A stretch of 39,744 nt of DNA. It comes from Dehalococcoidia bacterium. Lineage in GTDB: Bacteria > Chloroflexota > Dehalococcoidia > Dehalococcoidales > BS750m-G39. Below are positions 35,822-39,744 of this stretch, in pieces; the first letter of the stretch is position 1; every line of letters begins with the position of its first letter. The stretch covers positions 1-39,744 of the forward strand of contig DAOWJM010000080.1 in assembly GCA_030640325.1 (NCBI GenBank). The letters run 5' to 3'. The position numbers and the translations under genes were made by a program. The notes beneath the pieces are model-generated. The model had not been told where the DNA came from. It made no database searches and saw only the letters and a list, made by a program, of their open reading frames with translations.

Positions 35822-36820
35822 ATGGCTGAATATAAAGGTGTAATGGTTTTTTGCGAGGCTACGGAAGGAAAACTGGCGGCAATCGCCACCGAGCTATTGG
35901 GCTGCGGTAGAAAGCTGGCTGATGACCTGGGGCAGGAATTATCGGCTGTGTTAGTAGGCAGTGGCATAAGCGGTTTGGCTCAGGAAGCTATTGCCTTTGG
36001 CGCTGATAAAGCCTATGTAGTTGATGACACACTGCTCCAAGATTATCAAACAGATTCCTACGTATCAGTTATGGAAAAGGTAGTCAAGCAGGTGATACCC
36101 CAGATTCTCCTTCTGGGGCAGACCTCTATCGGTCGTGACCTGGCACCCAGGCTAGCTTTCAGGCTGAACACGGCTGCCTCTATGGGCTGCCTGGAGCTGG
36201 CTATCGACCCTGAGTCAAAGCTACTGCTGCAGACCAAGCCTGTCTACGGAGGGAACGCTCAAGCTGTCTTCATCTGTGAGTCCTACCCACAGATAGCTAC
36301 CGTTAGAGCCAAGGCAATGGCGCCTCTGGAGCGAGACGAATCAAGGCAGGGCGAAGTAATCACTGTTGACGCTGGTCTAGACCCCTCGGCAATAAGGACC
36401 AAAGTGCTGGAAAAGGTGCCAGAGGAAGTGGCGGGGATAAGGCTTGAGGATGCTGAGGTGGTAGTAAGCGGAGGTAGAGGCATCGGCAGTGCTGAAGGTT
36501 TTGAGCAGTTAGAGGAACTGGCCAGGATGCTGAAGGGGGCAGTAGGAGCTACCAGACCTCCCTGTGATAATGACTGGGTGCCAGCTGGGGCACAAGTAGG
36601 GCTTACTGGTAAGATTATCGCCCCTGAGCTCTACATTGCTGTAGCTCTGTCTGGTTCCAGCCAACATATGTCCGGTTGCTCTGGCTCCAAGACCATAGTA
36701 GCTATAAATAAAGACCCGGAGGCAAATATCTTCAGGGAAGCCCGCTTCGGCGTAGTGGGCGACTGGAAAAAGGCGCTACCCGCCTTCGCCGAGAAGGTTA
36801 AGGAGCTTCTGGCTGGATAG
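35822..36820 (+). CDS. etfA: electron transfer flavoprotein alpha subunit
   Basis: C-terminal FAD motif PELYIAVALSGSSQHMSG..IVAINKDPEANIF. Confidence 0.92.
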   Translation: MAEYKGVMVFCEATEGKLAAIATELLGCGRKLADDLGQELSAVLVGSGISGLAQEAIAFGADKAYVVDDTLLQDYQTDSYVSVMEKVVKQVIPQILLLGQTSIGRDLAPRLAFRLNTAASMGCLELAIDPESKLLLQTKPVYGGNAQAVFICESYPQIATVRAKAMAPLERDESRQGEVITVDAGLDPSAIRTKVLEKVPEEVAGIRLEDAEVVVSGGRGIGSAEGFEQLEELARMLKGAVGATRPPCDNDWVPAGAQVGLTGKIIAPELYIAVALSGSSQHMSGCSGSKTIVAINKDPEANIFREARFGVVGDWKKALPAFAEKVKELLAG

Positions 36821-36970
36821 GATTAAGCCTTCTCGGCTTGTTCCCTCTTTAAGGGCTTAGTAGCAGCTTTGAGAACTGCCTCCAAGTCGCTCTTGGCAAA
36901 GGGGCGCTTAGGCTGCCTTTTCTCATGTTTTGTAGCTTGCTTATTCTTGCTCTTATCCATGACATAAAAC

Positions 36971-37000
36971 TTGACAAAAAACCAACTTTTGTGATAGGAT
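36971..37000 (+). promoter_or_regulatory. putative promoter (TTGACA-18-TGaTAGGAT) upstream of the tRNA-like gene
   Basis: TTGACA at 36971-36976, TG at 36992-36993 and TAGGAT at 36995-37000. Confidence 0.4.
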
Positions 37001-37055
37001 AATAGCCAGATAGTGATTATGGTCGGACAACCTTTCACCATCTGGCTATTATTTT
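37001..37055 (+). terminator. long hairpin plus ATTTT (probable etfBA terminator)
   Basis: 16-bp stem 37001-37016 / 37035-37050 with one A/C mismatch, an 18-nt loop, then ATTTT. Confidence 0.45.
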
Positions 37056-37059
37056 GCTT

Positions 37060-37150
37060 GGAGAGCGTGGTCTCATGGCTGAGAACCCTCTCTTAAAAAG
37101 AGCGGACACGTGCTCATACCACGTGTGGGGTTCAATTCCCCCACTCTCCT
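37060..37150 (+). tRNA. non-canonical tRNA-like gene: 8-bp acceptor / 4-bp T stem, 7-bp variable arm, anticodon UAA, U73, no CCA
   Basis: Hand fold, with full pairings given in the findings. It has a canonical T loop (TTCAATT), GG in the D loop and U33. The 7/5 alternative needs two mismatches. Confidence 0.5.
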
Positions 37151-37245
37151 TCGCAATATAATCGTATAATATGATGATGTTGTTTGTAAATTAGTCAATT
37201 TGTCTTACATATATATGCTTGTTACACCAAGCAGGAGGATAAACA

Positions 37246-37887
37246 ATGAATACCATAAGTTCATGGGAAGCTCAGACAAGAGAGCTGCTTAGTCGGATTG
37301 AGCGTGAGATGCAGGAAATACAAGTTGACAGTGAGAGGCGCCTAGCAATCTTGCAAGAAAAGCAATGGGGAATTCTGCAAGCGCTAGAGGCATATGCAGA
37401 ATTCATCGGCTCCGGCCAAAGTGAGCCGCCTCAATTACTGAGCCCAACTGATATAAAGGGGAAAAGCCACAGAGAGATACTGCACCTTATCGCAGAGCGG
37501 AATGATGGGCGTCTTATTGCCAGAAATGCTATTAAGCTTATGAAAGAAAGTAATATTTTCGGAGATTCGCCTAATGCTGATTCGATAGTTTATGCTGTCC
37601 TGAATAGGAGCCCAGAGTTTGTCAAACTAGGTAGCGGGGTGTATAGATTAAACGGCACCCAAGTAAAGAGCCAAGCTAAAACAAAGAGGCACAAACGAAG
37701 AGGACTAAAGCAGGCTGTCAAAGAACTGAAGAAAAAGAACCCACAAATGACTAAGAAACAAGCTAAGAATACCTTGATTCGGCAAGGTTTTGACTTTCAG
37801 GGTAAAAACCCTGGTCAGGCAGTCCATATGGCTTGGGTTAATTTGGGTTCTACTAAGAAAGAGGGACAGCAGAGTTTGCTTAGGTAG
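37246..37887 (+). CDS. hypothetical protein: N-terminal coiled coil, central winged-helix (HARE-HTH-like, tentative), basic C-terminal region
   Basis: SD AGGAGG upstream. SHREILHLIAERNDGRLIARNAIKLMKES..DSIVYAVLNRSPEFVKLGSGVYRL resembles the HARE-HTH ending F.r.g.G.y.L. Confidence 0.5.
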   Translation: MNTISSWEAQTRELLSRIEREMQEIQVDSERRLAILQEKQWGILQALEAYAEFIGSGQSEPPQLLSPTDIKGKSHREILHLIAERNDGRLIARNAIKLMKESNIFGDSPNADSIVYAVLNRSPEFVKLGSGVYRLNGTQVKSQAKTKRHKRRGLKQAVKELKKKNPQMTKKQAKNTLIRQGFDFQGKNPGQAVHMAWVNLGSTKKEGQQSLLR

Positions 37888-37912
37888 CCGAATTTAGGCA
37901 TGGAATGACCAT

Positions 37913-38167
37913 ATGAAATTTCCCAAGAATGTCTGGGACCAACTCAAGAATAAATCTCCGAGAGATTTAATGTCCGCTTTGGAGAAAGATGGTGCAATAC
38001 CTGAAGGGTCGAGGCAAGCAGTCATAGGATTTCGGTATCCTGATGGTAGGCGGGTGGTTATTCACTACCATCCCAACAAAATTTACGGACCTAGACAAAT
38101 AAAAGCTCTAATTGAAGAAATAAACTGGACAATAGATGACCTTCAGCGATTGAAGCTCATCAAATAG
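37913..38167 (+). CDS. HicA-family (YcfA-like) toxin homologue with Arg at the usual catalytic His position
   Basis: SPRDLMSALEKDGAIPEGSRQAVIGFRYPDGRRVVIHYHPNKIYGPRQIKALIEEINWTIDDL aligns by eye to the HicA pattern (..LekdGw....GSH......dGr...vp.Hp.k.l....l..Il...gl...ef). Confidence 0.65.
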   Translation: MKFPKNVWDQLKNKSPRDLMSALEKDGAIPEGSRQAVIGFRYPDGRRVVIHYHPNKIYGPRQIKALIEEINWTIDDLQRLKLIK

Positions 38168-38450
38168 CACATGCCACTTTTACTTCTTGGGTATGACGGT
38201 TAGCACGGCTCCTAGTAATTTGGGGTATATCCTTGAAAGTCTGCATGGAAACACCTAATGGAATTGGGTCGCCATGCTTAATCAAAGATTGTATATAAAC
38301 AATAGTCGCATCTGCCGCATTTTGTAGAGCTACTTCCTTTGTATCCCCACCAACATGTAAACCTTTGAGAGCAGGACAGTAAGCGTGAAAGCCATCATCA
38401 TCGGGTTCCACAACCACTTCAATTGTGAACTCAATGACCAGCTTTGTCAT
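38160..38450 (-). CDS. HicB-family (UPF0150) antitoxin-like protein
   Basis: VEPDDDGFHAYCPALKGLHVGGDTKEVALQNAADATIVYIQSLIKHGDPIP is the HicB N-domain pattern. Strong SD AAAGGAGGA. The 3' end overlaps the hicA-like 3' end by 8 nt. Confidence 0.7.
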   Translation of the reverse strand: MTKLVIEFTIEVVVEPDDDGFHAYCPALKGLHVGGDTKEVALQNAADATIVYIQSLIKHGDPIPLGVSMQTFKDIPQITRSRANRHTQEVKVACAI

Positions 38451-38486
38451 ACATATCCTCCTTTCTTGTTTTCCGTGTTCCCACAG

Positions 38487-38548
38487 CTATAGTGACTATA
38501 GTCACTATAGCAATTGTAACATATACCATAGTAAACTGCCACTGTCAA
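38487..38548 (-). promoter_or_regulatory. putative hicB-like promoter (TTGACA-17-TATATG) followed by a perfect 24-nt palindrome (operator candidate)
   Basis: On the minus strand: TTGACA 38548-38543 and TATATG 38525-38520. Palindrome CTATAGTGACTATAGTCACTATAG at 38487-38510 lies between the -10 and the SD. Confidence 0.5.
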
Positions 38549-38699
38549 TACTTGATAGCTATATAAAATAATAAATAATGTAATGTTATAATTATATTTA
38601 TTATATTACCTGTCTAAATGGGATAGTTGCCTTATTTATTAAAGGTAACCGCCTTCTTGCTTGAAGATGCGATATTGACTTTATGGACGGGCGGCGAGG

Positions 38700-39744
38700 T
38701 CAGCCCTTCTCGGCTTGTCGTGCGGCAATAATCTTCTGGGCAATATGAGCAGGCACTTCCTCATAGTGGCTAAACTCTGCCTTATAGCTGCCTCTACCCT
38801 GGGTTATTGATTTCAGGTCTATGGCATAGCGTAAAATCTCAGCCAGTGGCACCTGAGCCTCAATAATATTGACTCCACCCCCGGGGTTCATCCCCTGCAC
38901 TCGCGCCCGCTTGGTATTAAGGTCGCCAATAATATCACCGGTGAAGCCCTCAGGGATGGTAACCTCGATATTCATTATCGGCTCAAGCAGGATAGGTTGC
39001 CCCTGTGATAATCCCTTCTTCAGCGCCCCCGCCCCGGCAATCTTGAAGCATATATCTGAGGAATCAACCGGGTGAAAGCTGCCATCATAGACTCTTGTCT
39101 TTATGTCAATAACTGGGTAGCGAGCTAAAACCCCTTCCTGAATGGCTTCATTAACCCCCTTTTCCACCGATGGAATATAATTCTTTGGTATACGGCCACC
39201 TACTACCTTATCAACGAACTCACGACCACTGCCACGAGGTAAAGGCTCAAGTTCCAGAAAGACATGCCCATATTGACCATGCCCTCCCGTCTGCTTTTTA
39301 TGCTTATACTCAGCCTTGGCTGGCACAGTAATCGTCTCTTTATATGGAACCTTAGGCGTTTCCAGTCTCACCCCGACACCAAACTTACGCAGCATCTTCT
39401 CTGCTGCCACCGCAAGGTGGGACTCACCAATTCCTGATAGAATTGTCTCGTTGGTATCAGCTTCACGATGCACCGCAAGGGTGGGGTCTTCCTCAGACAA
39501 TCTGGATAGCGCCGCTCCCAGCTTATCCAGGTCAGCCTTGGTCTTGGGATGCACCGCCAGGCTAAACGCCGGCTCGGGGAATAGAACAGGGGCAATCTTC
39601 ATTGGTTGAGCCTGACTACATAATGTATCCCCGGTGCTGGTCAGACCTAATTTAGCTACCGCTCCCATATCTCCTGCTCTGAGCTGAGATACTGGCTCCT
39701 GGGTCTTGCCCCTCAGTATAAATAGCTGACCGATGCGCTCAGCG
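38700..39744 (-). CDS. fusA: elongation factor G family GTPase, C-terminal about 347 aa (N-terminus beyond right edge)
   Basis: Domains III-V: ..GESHLAVAAEKMLRKFGVGVRLETPKVPYKETI..GGHGQYGHV..PVDSS..ITQGRGSY. My reverse translation continues in frame to the window end (AERIGQLFILRGKTQEPVSQLRAGD-MGAV). It may be an EF-G paralogue. Confidence 0.93.
   Translation of the reverse strand, partial: AERIGQLFILRGKTQEPVSQLRAGDMGAVAKLGLTSTGDTLCSQAQPMKIAPVLFPEPAFSLAVHPKTKADLDKLGAALSRLSEEDPTLAVHREADTNETILSGIGESHLAVAAEKMLRKFGVGVRLETPKVPYKETITVPAKAEYKHKKQTGGHGQYGHVFLELEPLPRGSGREFVDKVVGGRIPKNYIPSVEKGVNEAIQEGVLARYPVIDIKTRVYDGSFHPVDSSDICFKIAGAGALKKGLSQGQPILLEPIMNIEVTIPEGFTGDIIGDLNTKRARVQGMNPGGGVNIIEAQVPLAEILRYAIDLKSITQGRGSYKAEFSHYEEVPAHIAQKIIAARQAEKG

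Noticed and set aside
36823-37041. 72-aa minus-strand ORF (or its 45-aa basic core from ATG 36960) between etfA and the tRNA-like gene.
   Set aside because: There is no SD and no convincing minus-strand promoter. The N-terminal part overlaps the terminator hairpin, and the sequence is lysine-rich and low in complexity. It may be a real micro-protein, but I cannot support it from sequence alone.
37060-37150. Interpretation of the 8/4 tRNA-like gene as tRNA-Sec.
   Set aside because: The anticodon loop is CTTAAAA (UAA), not UCA, and the discriminator is U rather than G. No selA, selB or selD genes, and no obvious in-frame-TGA selenoprotein genes, are in the window.
36961-38699. AT-rich islet as an integrated mobile element using the tRNA-like gene as attachment site.
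   Set aside because: There is no integrase, transposase or recombinase ORF. I could not find a direct repeat of the tRNA-like 3' end at the far border. Foreign origin remains possible, but an intact mobile element is not supported.

Overview
This looks like a bacterial chromosomal segment of mostly housekeeping and vitamin genes; a Chloroflexota-like anaerobe is my guess from gene content only. All calls come from reading the sequence and ORF track by eye, and no searches or folding programs were run.

Left to right:
- A partial multi-zinc-ribbon, endonuclease-like gene, then a prepilin peptidase and two small DNA-binding proteins.
- A tightly coupled trio of ICMT-like methyltransferase, GH3-like adenylating enzyme and FabF.
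- A 7TM-GAF-GGDEF-HD-GYP c-di-GMP protein, tRNA-Val and a sodium:solute symporter.
- A complete minus-strand ribD-ribE-ribBA-ribH operon.
- lepB and pyrE, then a pantothenate operon (DUF2520/PanG-like, panD, panB, panC).
- An AT-rich orphan membrane gene and a PadR-MFS pair.
- A Phe-Gly-Leu-Gln tRNA array and an ABC-2 exporter.
- An Fe-S related cluster: DUF134, YggS, Mrp/NBP35, a small Fe-S protein and a ferredoxin.
- tRNA-Asn, then prfA-prmC running straight into a three-subunit molybdenum hydroxylase, MocA and EtfBA.
- An AT-rich islet, then a partial EF-G gene.

The items most worth a second look are:
1. A non-canonical tRNA-like gene at 37060-37150 with 8/4 acceptor/T geometry, a 7-bp variable arm, a UAA anticodon and U73. 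It sits beside an unusual HicA/HicB-like arrangement.
2. A promoter, tandem bulged-A hairpins and a terminator forming a leader in front of the pan operon.
3. A modular family of GC-rich hairpin repeats at two loci, whose terminal 18-23 nt module recurs three times.
4. A signal peptidase I with Cys in place of the nucleophilic Ser.

Canonical sigma70-type promoters are unusually easy to read here, and several sit almost on top of start codons.
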